A stretch of 55,416 bases of DNA. Origin: an uncultured virus (IMG/VR IMGVR_UViG_3300026762_000001) (taxonomy: Fuselloviridae). The stretch is from IMG/VR virus record IMGVR_UViG_3300026762_000001; one strand, 5' to 3'. Every line of letters starts with the position of its first letter. Position 1 is the stretch's first letter. The position numbers were made by a program, and so were the translations under genes. The notes beneath the pieces are model-generated. The model was given only the letters and a program-made list of their open reading frames with translations. It was not told the DNA's origin and did no database searches. Of this stretch, positions 1-10,370 are shown piece by piece.

Positions 1-129
1 CTGGAAAAGATAAGAAATAGAAATAATATATGAAAAATGATAAAAATTAAGCATAAAAAAATACAAATTTAGAAAATTAAGATAAAAATTAAAAAGAGAA
101 AAGAGAAAAAACTTTAAGTTAGAATTAAA

Positions 130-267
130 TTAACTAGGCTCGGCATAAAAATCTATTTTATTTGCCTGAAGCAGTTGTTCGATTTTTTTCCTGGTTTGTT
201 CCACTTCTTGGAGGAGTTGTTGTAGTACTTCAATTATTTGATTTAAATCTACTTGACTTTCTTCCAT
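130..267 (-). CDS. Small coiled-coil protein, 45 aa (MEESQVDLNQIIEVLQQLLQEVEQTRKKIEQLLQANKIDFYAEPS); not in the ORF track
   Basis: Translated by hand. It has the same upstream block (TTTATA box, GAGGTGTG RBS) as the genes starting at 1309 and 2163. Confidence 0.7.
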   Translation of the reverse strand: MEESQVDLNQIIEVLQQLLQEVEQTRKKIEQLLQANKIDFYAEPS

Positions 268-390
268 TTTTCACACCTCTGAGAGTACTTTTGTAAAAAG
301 GGGTATATAAATTTTTCTTCAAAAAACTAGTAATGGAGATTTAAACTTTTGAATTTTGTGCAAAGTAAAGAAATTGAAAAAATTTGGGAG
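268..390 (-). promoter_or_regulatory. Repeated left-end promoter/RBS module (other copies at ~1310-1420 and ~2164-2290)
   Basis: Near-identical tttttcacacctct...tat(a)taaa...tagta...acttttgaatt...gaaatt blocks precede three genes. Confidence 0.7.
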
Positions 391-778
391 GTCTGATATA
401 AATTGAATTTTAATATAGATTGAAATAAAAAATGTGTAATATCGAGCAAAAAGGTTTTAAAGTATTTTAGAAAAAGAAATAAATCATGTTGTACAAAGTT
501 GAAAAAATTGAGATAATTGGAGATAAAGTTTTTTGTACGATTCATAATAAATATGAAAGATTCAATAGTATCCCAATTGAAAATTTAAAGTTAGCAAGAA
601 AAAATAAAAAATTATATGCGAAATTGAAAGTTTGATAAAGAGAACGAGCAGCAAGAAAAAGAAAAAAGAAAAGAAATAATATTACGAAAATGAGAAAAAT
701 TAAAGATAAAAATAAAAATTTAGAAAATTAAGATTTTAAAAAATTTAGAAAAAGAAAAATAAAAAAAGAGAAATGAAT

Positions 779-1309
779 TTAATCAAAAATGTCATCTGAA
801 TTATCTGTTTCTGTTGATGTTAATGTTAAAGGTTGATAAGATAATATCTTCCCTTTTGATGTTGATTTCTCTACAACTTGACACCAGTCCGAGGTACACG
901 AAGTAATCATATACCTTAAACTGCTTCCGCCCCAGCGTGGGGCTTCTATTGCAACACTTGTTGTTTTTTGCCCATCTGTAATAACCACGTATATCCTACT
1001 TCTAATTAACAACAATTTGAATTTAAGATGTTTAGTATATACAAGCTTGTTAAATGTCGTTATATCTAATGTCTTGCTTTTCATTAATTGTTCTTCAATT
1101 TTTCTTATATTCTCTTCAATTTCATCATACTTATTTAAATTTGTCTGAATTTCTTCTTTTTTGTTTATCTTAATTATTTGTTTAGGTTGTTCTTCCATAG
1201 ATTGGTTTGTTTTGACTTGAGGGTTTGGACTTGGAGATTGAGTTAAAAAAATCTCCATACCTTGATTTGGTTTGGGATTTGTTTGGTTTGGATTTGTTTG
1301 GACTTTCAT
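779..1309 (-). CDS. Hypothetical protein with low-complexity Q/N/P N-terminus
   Basis: 176-aa ORF with RBS and the repeated promoter module. Confidence 0.75.
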   Translation of the reverse strand: MKVQTNPNQTNPKPNQGMEIFLTQSPSPNPQVKTNQSMEEQPKQIIKINKKEEIQTNLNKYDEIEENIRKIEEQLMKSKTLDITTFNKLVYTKHLKFKLLLIRSRIYVVITDGQKTTSVAIEAPRWGGSSLRYMITSCTSDWCQVVEKSTSKGKILSYQPLTLTSTETDNSDDIFD

Positions 1310-1671
1310 TTTTCACACCTCTGCTTTTACTTTCTCATTCCCCCTTTATAAAGTTTTCTTTCTAAAGTTAGTATTGAAGGTTTAAACTTTTGAATTTTGT
1401 GCAAATGAGAGAAATTCAATTTATAGATTATGAACCTCATAAAACTAAAATTTCGCTCAGAAGGAGAAAACTGAAAAACTGCAGAGCTGCAATAGGAAAA
1501 AATTGTAAGAAATAATATTACGAATGTGGGAAAAAAGGAGATAATTTTAGCTTAAAAAACTAATAGGAATAAAATTACGAAGATGAGAAAAATTAAAGAG
1601 AAAAACAAATAAATTAAGAAAAAATAAGAAAAAGAGAAAATTAAAGAAAAAAGGAAAGAAAGAAAAAAGGA

Positions 1672-2163
1672 TTAAATTGAAAGAGTTATCTTAATCCCAC
1701 TGATTATCTTCTTCTTTTTTAACTTTCGTGAAACTTCTTCCGAAACGACTTCTCTCTCAAATAGTTCTATATTGTCTATATTAACGCTTTTTCCTACTCT
1801 ATTTAAGTCTTTTCTTATCAACATCGTTACATCAATCGCAATAGGAATGGCGTATCCTAAAGCAGTTATTATTATCTTTCTCTTTCCTCCTAAAAGTAGG
1901 TTTTCAAGCCTTGCCGCTACGGCAGAGCTTTTCATTGTTGTCTTTACTACAAATTCGTCGTTTTGTAGTGTATTAATTGTTTTATTATCTACATTTTGAT
2001 TTTGCTGTTTTTGTAATTGTTGTAGTTGTTGTTGTAGATATTCAATTTGCTTTTGTAGCTCCAATATATTTATATTTTGGGATTGAGGCTGGGGATTATT
2101 TACATTATTTTGGTTTTGGGGATTTGTTTTTTGACTTGAAGACTGATTTACTTTCACATTCAT
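1672..2163 (-). CDS. Alba-like nucleic-acid-binding protein with Q/N-rich N-terminal coiled coil
   Basis: C-terminal KIIITALGYAIPIAIDVTMLIR...ISGIKITLS resembles the Alba pattern (IxIKARGxAISxAVDVxxxxR...VSxIEIxL). Confidence 0.65.
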   Translation of the reverse strand: MNVKVNQSSSQKTNPQNQNNVNNPQPQSQNINILELQKQIEYLQQQLQQLQKQQNQNVDNKTINTLQNDEFVVKTTMKSSAVAARLENLLLGGKRKIIITALGYAIPIAIDVTMLIRKDLNRVGKSVNIDNIELFEREVVSEEVSRKLKKKKIISGIKITLSI

Positions 2164-2439
2164 TTTTCACACCTCTGAGAGTACTTTTGTTTTGGGGGTA
2201 TATAAATTTTTCTTTCTAAAGTTAGTAATGTGTACTTATACTTTTGAATTCTTTAAAAGTGAGAGAAATTGAAAAAATTGCAGAGCTGCATGAGAAAAAA
2301 TTGAATGAAATAATTTTACGAGAGTGAGAAAAATAATGAAGAGAAAGGAGAAAAGAAAAAAGAAGAAAGGAAAGAAATAATAAATGGAAAATGAGAAAAA
2401 TAGAAGATAAAAAACAACACGACTTAACGCGACACGTCG

Positions 2440-3177
2440 TTAACGTACGTTGTCATTAACACGTCTTTTTAAGTAATTTATAACGTTGTTTATGGCACCG
2501 TCGTGGCTGTCATTAACGTTGATTAAAAACGTTAAGAAGCGTTGTATAATGTAATTAGCTGCGTTGTATAACTCATCGTTGTCGTTCACGTCGTTCAGGT
2601 TAACGTTATTCAGATCGTTTATTAAGCTTCGTAGTTGTTCTAGTAGTTGTTTGTCGTAGTCGTTCTGCTCATTGTCGTTTTGTTGTTCAATAGCGTTGTT
2701 ATTCTGTTGTTCATCGTTATTGTCTTCATTAACGTCGTTCTGTTCATCGTAGTTAGTAACGTTGTTTTGCATAACGTTGTTAACGTTTGTAGTAACGTTG
2801 TTCAACATAATGCGTCTCTTCTTAACGTTGTTTTTATAGTAGTCGTCCAGGTCAAACGTCATTAATTCCTTTAAAACGTTGTTCATGTCAGCGTAAGCTT
2901 TTAACGTTTTTACGACATACTTTAAAACGTCGATATCGCGTTTAGTCGTTATTTGCGTTAGGAAATCTTCTAGACGTTGTTCAGGATATAATACTAACGT
3001 CTTTGTACCGTTCTTAAAGTCGTAATTAACGATTATTATTGCGTTGTCTTTTAGTTGTTTAATCTTTATCTTAACGTTTTTAGCTATGTCGTTATTATCT
3101 ACGTTTTTGCTGCGTTGTTTAGAGCGTATATTTACGTCTTTTAGTAGTTCATTGAACCAGTCGTCATTAGTACTCAT
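2440..3177 (-). CDS. Hypothetical protein, N/D/V-rich
   Basis: 245-aa ORF in an operon with overlapping start/stop codons. Confidence 0.7.
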   Translation of the reverse strand: MSTNDDWFNELLKDVNIRSKQRSKNVDNNDIAKNVKIKIKQLKDNAIIIVNYDFKNGTKTLVLYPEQRLEDFLTQITTKRDIDVLKYVVKTLKAYADMNNVLKELMTFDLDDYYKNNVKKRRIMLNNVTTNVNNVMQNNVTNYDEQNDVNEDNNDEQQNNNAIEQQNDNEQNDYDKQLLEQLRSLINDLNNVNLNDVNDNDELYNAANYIIQRFLTFLINVNDSHDGAINNVINYLKRRVNDNVR

Positions 3178-3557
3178 CGTTTCTCACCTCGTACAGATAT
3201 TTTTATGTTGTTTATTACTAACGTCCTGTTGTCGTTGTTGTTACGTTTATTAACGTTATTAGACGTAGCGTTGTTCTCGTCGTCTTTATAATGATCCTCA
3301 TCGTTTTTATTACGTTTTTGAACGAGTTTATTAAATAGTTCTTCAGCGTACTTAGCGTCGTAACCGTGATACCAAAACGTCAGTTCAACAGACGTTACTT
3401 TAGTACCGTTCATATAACGTTCTTTTTCGCGTTGTTCAGCGACTCCGATGCGTTGTTGATTGCAACACGTACATTTAAGTAATACTACGTTATTAACGTT
3501 ACTAATAACGTTCCAGACGTGAGTTTTAACATTTAATACTTTAAAACGTTTAGTCAT
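3174..3557 (-). CDS. Hypothetical protein
   Basis: ORF coupled to its neighbours by overlaps. Confidence 0.65.
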   Translation of the reverse strand: MTKRFKVLNVKTHVWNVISNVNNVVLLKCTCCNQQRIGVAEQREKERYMNGTKVTSVELTFWYHGYDAKYAEELFNKLVQKRNKNDEDHYKDDENNATSNNVNKRNNNDNRTLVINNIKISVRGEKR

Positions 3558-3963
3558 CGTTTCTCATCTCGTTGTAGTTAGAAGCGTATATTAACGTAAA
3601 GTGTCTAAAGTACATCGTAGACGTAGATGAGTCGTAATAACCAACGTCGTAATGGTAGTTGTTTAACAATAACGTGATTTGTTGTAAATAATACGGTGGT
3701 AAGTTAGTGCATATTGCAATCATATCGTAATTTAGTTGTTGTATAACGTTCTGTTCAAGATGACGTAGTAATTTTTGTAAGTAAGCGTAAGTTAGACGTC
3801 CATGGATGTGTAGTATCGCTACTTTGTTATTAACGTTTTCAACAAAGACGTTAATTGGTAAGTCGTTGTTATGCTGCTGCGTTATTTTACGAGAAACGTT
3901 GCTAGAAGATAACGTAGTTATAGTAACGTTGTTAATTTTTATAACGTTACTCATCGTTCTCAC
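3550..3963 (-). CDS. Hypothetical protein
   Basis: ORF in operon; the likely start is the second Met (~3954). Confidence 0.65.
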   Translation of the reverse strand: MRTMSNVIKINNVTITTLSSSNVSRKITQQHNNDLPINVFVENVNNKVAILHIHGRLTYAYLQKLLRHLEQNVIQQLNYDMIAICTNLPPYYLQQITLLLNNYHYDVGYYDSSTSTMYFRHFTLIYASNYNEMRNDD

Positions 3964-4732
3964 CTAGTTTTTTCAGGTCGTTATTATCAAACGTTATTGA
4001 TAAGTCGTATATTTTCTCGTGCTTATCTTTCGTCATTACTGTTACGTTAATCGTTAATTCGTCATTGCGTAGTTCAAACTCGTTTATTATATAGTCGTAT
4101 TTCTTACCGTATATTAACGTCGTCTTTCTGACGTTGTTTAATACGTCTACTACGTTTGTTGTATTATCGTTTTTCAAAGAGTTAAATATATCGTTTGCTA
4201 TGTCGTTTAGTTCAGCGTCTTTATCGTTGTTGTTCAAAGCGTTGTTTAATAGTTGTCTTTCATCGTCGTTGTCAAACGTTATTGTTAATTCGTCGAATTT
4301 GAAGTTGTTATACGTCATTGGAATAACGTTCATTACGTTGTTAGCAATAGACGTTATTTTGAAAACGTAATATCTTCCAAATATAACGTTGTTAATGATC
4401 TTACGTTGCTGTAAAGCGTCTTTCAAGTCGTTTATTAACAAGCCGTTCTCTAAGTCGTTGTTAAATTTACGTAGTAGATCTAACGTTTTCGGAACGTGAT
4501 TAGAAGTCGTAGTTACAGAAACGTCTTTAACGTTTACGTTGTTAGAAGAAGACGTTTTTATAGAAACGTTGTTTAATGAAATAGAAGACGTTGGGTAAGG
4601 TTGGGGCTGTCTAAGTCCCAACCATTCCCTTATCTCGGGGGACATTGCAAAAAAGTCCCCCAATGTCATCCCGCCCGCGATGGGGCGGGATCTTTTACTT
4701 TTGGATTTGTTTCCTCCTTTCATTTTTTCCAC
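3947..4732 (-). CDS. Hypothetical protein
   Basis: 261-aa ORF with a TATA box (CTTATA) upstream at ~4760. Confidence 0.7.
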   Translation of the reverse strand: MEKMKGGNKSKSKRSRPIAGGMTLGDFFAMSPEIREWLGLRQPQPYPTSSISLNNVSIKTSSSNNVNVKDVSVTTTSNHVPKTLDLLRKFNNDLENGLLINDLKDALQQRKIINNVIFGRYYVFKITSIANNVMNVIPMTYNNFKFDELTITFDNDDERQLLNNALNNNDKDAELNDIANDIFNSLKNDNTTNVVDVLNNVRKTTLIYGKKYDYIINEFELRNDELTINVTVMTKDKHEKIYDLSITFDNNDLKKLGENDE

Positions 4733-4940
4733 CTGGGAAATTTATGCAAAAGGGGGTATATAAGCTTTTCTTGTAAATTTTAATTTCTTTCACTTGAGAG
4801 AAATTCAGAAGACTGAAAAAATTTCGTACAGTTGAGACGCGTTGACGTTGAGAAAAAGAAGGAGAAAGTACGAAATGCTAGTATATAGCAAAAGTACGAA
4901 CTAAGAACTATACAGTACGTTTTTTACATAACGTAATTTT

Positions 4941-6533
4941 CTAACGATTCTCTCGTTCTTCACTGAAATCTTCTATGTCGTGCTTATCGTACCAGAAGCG
5001 TTGTTTATAAACGTTCTTAGCGAATTCTTTTAACACAGTTATCATCTCTTCGTCGTCAAACGTCCTTCCGAAGAATCCCTTAAAGTCGTCTTCGTAATAA
5101 GGTTGAAAGTCTTTACAATTATCGTGACTGTCTACTTTTACACAGCGTCCTACCCAGTCGTGGTGTGAAAAGTATTTGTAACGCGTTTCTGGACATATCC
5201 AGTAAACGCGGTTAGTCCACGACAGTTCGATAGGCGTGTTTGCACCGTCAAAGTCTCCAATATAAACGACTGGTAATGACGACTTTATTATTTGTTGTAT
5301 AGCGTCTTCATGGCTAATTTCTTCAAAGCGTTTAGTCTTATCGTTATAATACGACACGATGTAGCCGTTTGGTGCAACGTATATTATTACGTCTTTTCTC
5401 TTCAAAGCAGCTTTAAAGAACGTGTCTAATTCGTCTATCAACCACGTCATTGAACCACTGTTGTCGAGTATTAAAAAGACTTGCGACCTCGTCCTAAAGT
5501 AGTAGTAAGCGTTGATGGGTTTTCTCTCGTATTGTCTCATCATGAGTTTTTTAACGTTTAGTACTAACGTTGGGCCAGGTAGTAACGTTGGCTGTTTTTC
5601 TTCGTCGCTTAAGTACTCTACGAGTCTGTAAAACGTTAAGTATAATTGTCTTTTAATGCTGTGTTTTTCGTTTATCTTAAACGCTTGTTGTGTGTTATAT
5701 TGCGTCGTGTCTTCTTGATCTTCATCATCTTCGTAGTAATCGTCTTGTTCTTCATCATAATCATGTTCTTGTTCTTCGACTTCTTGCTCTTGATAATCGT
5801 CACTTACAGAATTGTCTAAAGTTTGTTCTTCTGTTTCATCGTTCTGATTAGTTTCGTTTTGTGATTCGCCGTTGTCTTGTTGATCGTTTTGTTCTGAATT
5901 GTTATTCTGTTGATTAGTCTCTGTTTTGTTTTGTTGTTCAGTCTGTTGATTTTCGTTAGTTTGTTGTTGTTCTGACTGTTGTTGATTAGTTTCGTTTTGC
6001 TGGTCGTTATTATTTTGTAATTCGTTTTGTTGTTGATTAGTTTGTGACTGATTGTTTTGTTGACTTTCGTTAGTTTGTTGAGTGTTGTTTTGTTGATGTT
6101 CAGTAGTCTGTTGATTTTGTCCTGAATCGTTATTATTTTGTGACTGATTGTTTTGTTGATGTTCAGTTTGTTTATCGTTTTGCTGATTTTCGTTATTACT
6201 TTGAGATTCGTTTTGTTGCTCTGATTGTTGATTTTTGGTGTTTTGTTGTTCAGTTTGTTTATCGTCAGGTTGAGAAGAAGCGTTTTGATTTTGTTGTTGT
6301 GTTTCGTTATTCTGCTGATTTTCGTTTTGCTGATCGTTTTGTTGTTGTTCTGACTGTGTCTGATTTTCGTTTTGTTGTTGTGCAAAGCGTTGATCTTCCA
6401 TACTTTGCGTTATTTCGTCGCCGCCGTGAACGTCTTCAGACGTTTTTGTCGTAGGTTCTACTACGTCTTTTTCTTCGTGTTCAGGATGAAACTCGTTGTG
6501 TAAAATTCGTGGTTTAATTACTTTAATGACCAT
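4941..6533 (-). CDS. VWA-domain protein with a long Q/N/E-rich low-complexity linker
   Basis: MIDAS-like LILDNSGSM and YIGDFDG motifs; directly downstream of a MoxR AAA+ gene. Confidence 0.8.
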   Translation of the reverse strand: MVIKVIKPRILHNEFHPEHEEKDVVEPTTKTSEDVHGGDEITQSMEDQRFAQQQNENQTQSEQQQNDQQNENQQNNETQQQNQNASSQPDDKQTEQQNTKNQQSEQQNESQSNNENQQNDKQTEHQQNNQSQNNNDSGQNQQTTEHQQNNTQQTNESQQNNQSQTNQQQNELQNNNDQQNETNQQQSEQQQTNENQQTEQQNKTETNQQNNNSEQNDQQDNGESQNETNQNDETEEQTLDNSVSDDYQEQEVEEQEHDYDEEQDDYYEDDEDQEDTTQYNTQQAFKINEKHSIKRQLYLTFYRLVEYLSDEEKQPTLLPGPTLVLNVKKLMMRQYERKPINAYYYFRTRSQVFLILDNSGSMTWLIDELDTFFKAALKRKDVIIYVAPNGYIVSYYNDKTKRFEEISHEDAIQQIIKSSLPVVYIGDFDGANTPIELSWTNRVYWICPETRYKYFSHHDWVGRCVKVDSHDNCKDFQPYYEDDFKGFFGRTFDDEEMITVLKEFAKNVYKQRFWYDKHDIEDFSEERENR

Positions 6534-8493
6534 TTTTGATCAACTCGTTGCACATGTTGTTAGCGTAATTCTTAAGTTCTTCTGCCATTTTATAAAGCAT
6601 TTTTATACCGTCTATTAAGTCGTATTCTCCAACGTAATTATTTACGATTTTATATATGTCATTAGTTATGATAAAGCTTTCTTCTTCCTTTTTGTTAGTA
6701 ACATATCTTGTAACGTCTAAATAATTAAACCTAAATTCTACGTAATTATAATGAGCATCAGTCGAAACGTTGATTTTTGTCTCACACTCGCCTTTACCTT
6801 GTTTAATCGTCGCCGTAGATTCGTAGCCTTTTGCGACGTTTATTTTAGCACGTAGATTAACCGTCCCTTTAGTGTCGTTTATGAAGTCAATTAACGTTTT
6901 ATAGTCGTTACTATTAAAGTAGTCTCCTCTTATTATTTCGTCTTTGCTATACTTAACGTTATCGAGTAGTGATACAAGAAAGTTTTGTAATTGATACTTT
7001 CTCAGCAGTCTTTCGATGAAGTTTATTTGTCGTCTTTGTTCGTCGCTGCTTAAGTTTTGTTTATTAACGTAAATTTTCGCTTTATATAAACGTCCTTTGA
7101 CATTGTCTAGACGTAGAACAAAGCGAGTAACGTCTTGTTTTTTATCAACAGTGACAATCACGTCTTTAGTATAGTATGTAAATCGTAGATCAGCGTACTC
7201 GCTTTTTATAAGACCAATAACGTCTTTAGGATCACGTAAATAAACGTAATCTTCAACGTACGCTTCAAAGTTCATTTTATAATAAATGTCATCTAATTCG
7301 TTTAGCGTTAACGGCTCATTAGACGTTAACCTTAACGTGTCATCAAGTACGACTTTAAATTTTCCTAAAACGTCTGGTCTATCCGTTGGTTCAGGTTTAA
7401 ACGTTTTGATTACTTCGCTGTATTCGTTAAACGTATTCGTGTCTATCGCTGCGTTAAACGTACTTTCGATCTCGTCATTAACCTTATCTACGTTGTTTAC
7501 CGTTTGAACGATTTTATTAACAGGTAGTTTTATTTTAGTTAATAGTTGTTGTACTGTTGTTTCTTGCTGTTGTTGTTGTGTCGTTTGTTGCGGTGGTGAT
7601 GTTACGTTATTGACTGTTTTTACTATCGTTTCTACAACGTTGGGTAAATACGTCTCTTTTTGTTGTATTTGGCTTACGTTAAGTCGTTCCAACGACACGT
7701 TTAGTTTATATAAGTCTTCAACGTTCTTTACTACAAACGAAAGTAATAGTTGATTAAAGTCAACGTCTGGCATAACCGTCATTGCGTAACCCAACTGTAT
7801 AAGTTCTTGAATCGTTATCGGCTTAGTTAATTCCGTAGTTAAACCAGCGATATATATAGTCGTTAACGTCTTAATAATTTTATCGTCATCAAAGTGTCTT
7901 CTTAAGAGTTTTTCAACGTCTTTAGGATCGGGTAGTTTAAAGTCGATAGTTATTACACGTCTTAAAAGTGGTTCAGAAAACTCTCTGTTGTCATTTGACG
8001 TTATGAAAACGATTAAGTTGTTTTTATCACCGACGATAACGTCTTCTTTATCGTCAATTCTAAACGAAACTCTAGCGTTTTGTAAATAGTCGAGTAATAA
8101 AGCGTCTGCTGAAGGTCTCGTTTTATCGAATTCGTCTATTGTGAGTACCGTGATTTTTTCGCGTGATTTTATTAACGCGTCAGGTAATGGGCCGTATTGT
8201 ATACGTACTCCTGATCTCGTTTGTTCTGACGGAATGTATTTGTATATTAATTCGTCTTCAGTCGTGTTTAAAGTAGTTTGAATAAAGACGTAGTGAGCGT
8301 TAAAGGAATCGGCTACAATTTGCGTAATCATAGTTTTTCCAGCCCCTGGAGGGCCACGTAGTAAAAATGCTGGTAACGTTTTTGAACGTCTTGCAGCGTT
8401 AATACCTACGTAAATTAACTTAATAATATCGTCTTCTCCGACTACGTACTGAGAAACGTAGTTTTTGAAAGACTCAAACGTAAACTCACTCAT
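6523..8493 (-). CDS. MoxR-type AAA+ ATPase
   Basis: Walker A GPPGAGKT, Walker B LTIDEFDK, sensor ITSN, arginine finger EPLLRR. Confidence 0.9.
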   Translation of the reverse strand: MSEFTFESFKNYVSQYVVGEDDIIKLIYVGINAARRSKTLPAFLLRGPPGAGKTMITQIVADSFNAHYVFIQTTLNTTEDELIYKYIPSEQTRSGVRIQYGPLPDALIKSREKITVLTIDEFDKTRPSADALLLDYLQNARVSFRIDDKEDVIVGDKNNLIVFITSNDNREFSEPLLRRVITIDFKLPDPKDVEKLLRRHFDDDKIIKTLTTIYIAGLTTELTKPITIQELIQLGYAMTVMPDVDFNQLLLSFVVKNVEDLYKLNVSLERLNVSQIQQKETYLPNVVETIVKTVNNVTSPPQQTTQQQQQETTVQQLLTKIKLPVNKIVQTVNNVDKVNDEIESTFNAAIDTNTFNEYSEVIKTFKPEPTDRPDVLGKFKVVLDDTLRLTSNEPLTLNELDDIYYKMNFEAYVEDYVYLRDPKDVIGLIKSEYADLRFTYYTKDVIVTVDKKQDVTRFVLRLDNVKGRLYKAKIYVNKQNLSSDEQRRQINFIERLLRKYQLQNFLVSLLDNVKYSKDEIIRGDYFNSNDYKTLIDFINDTKGTVNLRAKINVAKGYESTATIKQGKGECETKINVSTDAHYNYVEFRFNYLDVTRYVTNKKEEESFIITNDIYKIVNNYVGEYDLIDGIKMLYKMAEELKNYANNMCNELIKNGH

Positions 8494-8582
8494 TCGTTAT
8501 CACCTTTGTTTATAACGTGGTTGAAACACGAAAACGTGGTTATTTTTGCGTTTTTTGAGAATAGGATTTGTTTGCCCTTCAT
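8490..8582 (-). CDS. 30-aa peptide coupled to the AAA+ gene (MKGKQILFSKNAKITTFSCFNHVINKGDNE)
   Basis: Has GGTGAG RBS and the repeated promoter; its stop overlaps the AAA+ start (ATGA). Confidence 0.5.
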   Translation of the reverse strand: MKGKQILFSKNAKITTFSCFNHVINKGDNE

Positions 8583-8646
8583 ACTCTCACCTGAGAGAAA
8601 AAATAGGGGGAAGGGGGTTTAAAAAGTTTTCGCTTGAACGACACAA

Positions 8647-9351
8647 TTAAACGTATCCAATATCCACCAGATAAGTTGATATTAACATTATTATCGTATT
8701 TAATATTGCGTTCGGTCTTTCTTTAAGTATTTTAACTATGTCGTTATACATGAGAAGACTATTAAAATCGACAAGAGGGATATTACCTTTTATTAACAAC
8801 GTACGATCGTTTTTGTTTAGTATTTTGAACGTCATTTTTTCATCAATCTCGTATTCCTTAATAATAACGTCAACATGTATTTTTTCTATCGTTATTTCAA
8901 TTCCATCATCACTTATCTTTATGTCGTGTTTATACGTCATCCTAGCCGTGTATAATAAATGCAAATATGGGTGGGCGTTAAAAATGTGATATATAAATAC
9001 AAGATAACGTATATATGTTGGGTGTCTAAGTACGAACTGTTTAAATTCGTCGAAGTCGTTGAAGCCTAACGCATCCACTTGTATAACGTATTCATCAACG
9101 AATATTTCGTTATAGCCTGTACCAGCGTGCTTCATCATATAGTCAAGCGTGATTATTGGGAACACGTCAAACCGTATCTCATAAATGTCATAAATTTCGG
9201 TAAGTGCGATAACCTCGTTATTAAAGTTAAAGAGTAGTGGTTCATTAGCCGTAGTTTTAAACGTTAGTTTTAACTTATCGTTATTGTCTTCAACGTTTAT
9301 TAGCTCCGTTTTAAACGTTATATTGTTGTCTGAACTATTTGTCTTCTTCAT
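8647..9351 (-). CDS. Hypothetical protein
   Basis: ORF track 8647-9381; GGTGA RBS favours the MKKTN start. Confidence 0.7.
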   Translation of the reverse strand: MKKTNSSDNNITFKTELINVEDNNDKLKLTFKTTANEPLLFNFNNEVIALTEIYDIYEIRFDVFPIITLDYMMKHAGTGYNEIFVDEYVIQVDALGFNDFDEFKQFVLRHPTYIRYLVFIYHIFNAHPYLHLLYTARMTYKHDIKISDDGIEITIEKIHVDVIIKEYEIDEKMTFKILNKNDRTLLIKGNIPLVDFNSLLMYNDIVKILKERPNAILNTIIMLISTYLVDIGYV

Positions 9352-9986
9352 TTTTTCACCACATCTTGTTTTGTTGAGCATATTAGTCCTTCATACGGAC
9401 TAAGTATGGGTGCGTTAATTAAGTCTTTTAAGTGCAAATAATCATCAACGTCGATTTTTACATGCCTTATCGTAAATTCGCAGTACTTACCACGTAACAA
9501 TTCAAACGTATCGTGCCACGTGTCATTATCGCCGTCAGTATGAATAATTACAGCGTCTCCAGCGTAGAATTTGAGTAACGCTAATAACGTTGTAACCGAT
9601 ATATCGTAGTCTCCCAAATTCGTCTTTACGAATCCTAACTTTGCGTTGGTTTTTATGAAGTTTTTGCGTATAAAGTCTTCTATTTTTTTGTAGTAGTTGT
9701 AGTCCATAAGGGGGTAAATTTGAAAGCGTTTAGCTTCATTAACAATACATGGTAGATCGTATTTTGCTAAATGTACTTCTACGTCGTCTAAATAACGTAA
9801 CTCAAACGTTTCTCCTTCGTTGTTTAATGAGGATATAGTTACATCGTTACCGTTTATGTCTATATCCGCGACGTCTCTAAAATAGTCAATGTATTTTCTA
9901 TATTCGTTTATGACAGTAGATACTACGTTATTGAACTCGTTTTCGTTGAGTATGTACCAGTAATGTGAATATCCCATTGTTACCAC
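9348..9986 (-). CDS. Hypothetical protein (MGYSHYW N-terminal motif)
   Basis: 212-aa ORF in operon. Confidence 0.7.
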   Translation of the reverse strand: MVTMGYSHYWYILNENEFNNVVSTVINEYRKYIDYFRDVADIDINGNDVTISSLNNEGETFELRYLDDVEVHLAKYDLPCIVNEAKRFQIYPLMDYNYYKKIEDFIRKNFIKTNAKLGFVKTNLGDYDISVTTLLALLKFYAGDAVIIHTDGDNDTWHDTFELLRGKYCEFTIRHVKIDVDDYLHLKDLINAPILSPYEGLICSTKQDVVKK

Positions 9987-10370
9987 CTACATAGAGTCTC
10001 GTATTACAAAGGTTGAAAAGATAACGTCTCCAAAAACGTCGATAACAAGTTTAACGCCTTTTCTGTTGACGTATTGAAGGACGTCTTTGCTAAGTTTAGT
10101 TTCTCCGTGAGCTATGAGTTTATCGTTGTTAAGTTCGTATTTCGTTAATTCAAAACGAGTTGTGGTTAAAATCGTCTTTCTAGGTTGTATTGAGAAAATG
10201 CTGTTAGTCTTTATTAGCGAAATGTTTCCATATATTGAAGCGTCGAGTAACGTAGTCGTTTTATCTACTTTCTCTGGTAGCGTTATTTCCATGTGAAGTG
10301 TGAGTTTATCGTTGTTAAGTTCGTAACCCAAAACTTTCACGTCTTTAGCTGCTATCATCATCGTCATCAA
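9987..10370 (-). CDS. Hypothetical protein
   Basis: ORF in operon; YELNNDKL occurs twice. Confidence 0.65.
   Translation of the reverse strand: MMTMMIAAKDVKVLGYELNNDKLTLHMEITLPEKVDKTTTLLDASIYGNISLIKTNSIFSIQPRKTILTTTRFELTKYELNNDKLIAHGETKLSKDVLQYVNRKGVKLVIDVFGDVIFSTFVIRDSM

Noticed and set aside
327..545. 72-aa ORF
   Set aside because: AT-rich, overlaps the repeated promoter module, and has no RBS.
5816..6454. ORFs 5816-6385 and 6140-6454
   Set aside because: Alternative frames of the low-complexity Q/N linker of the VWA gene.
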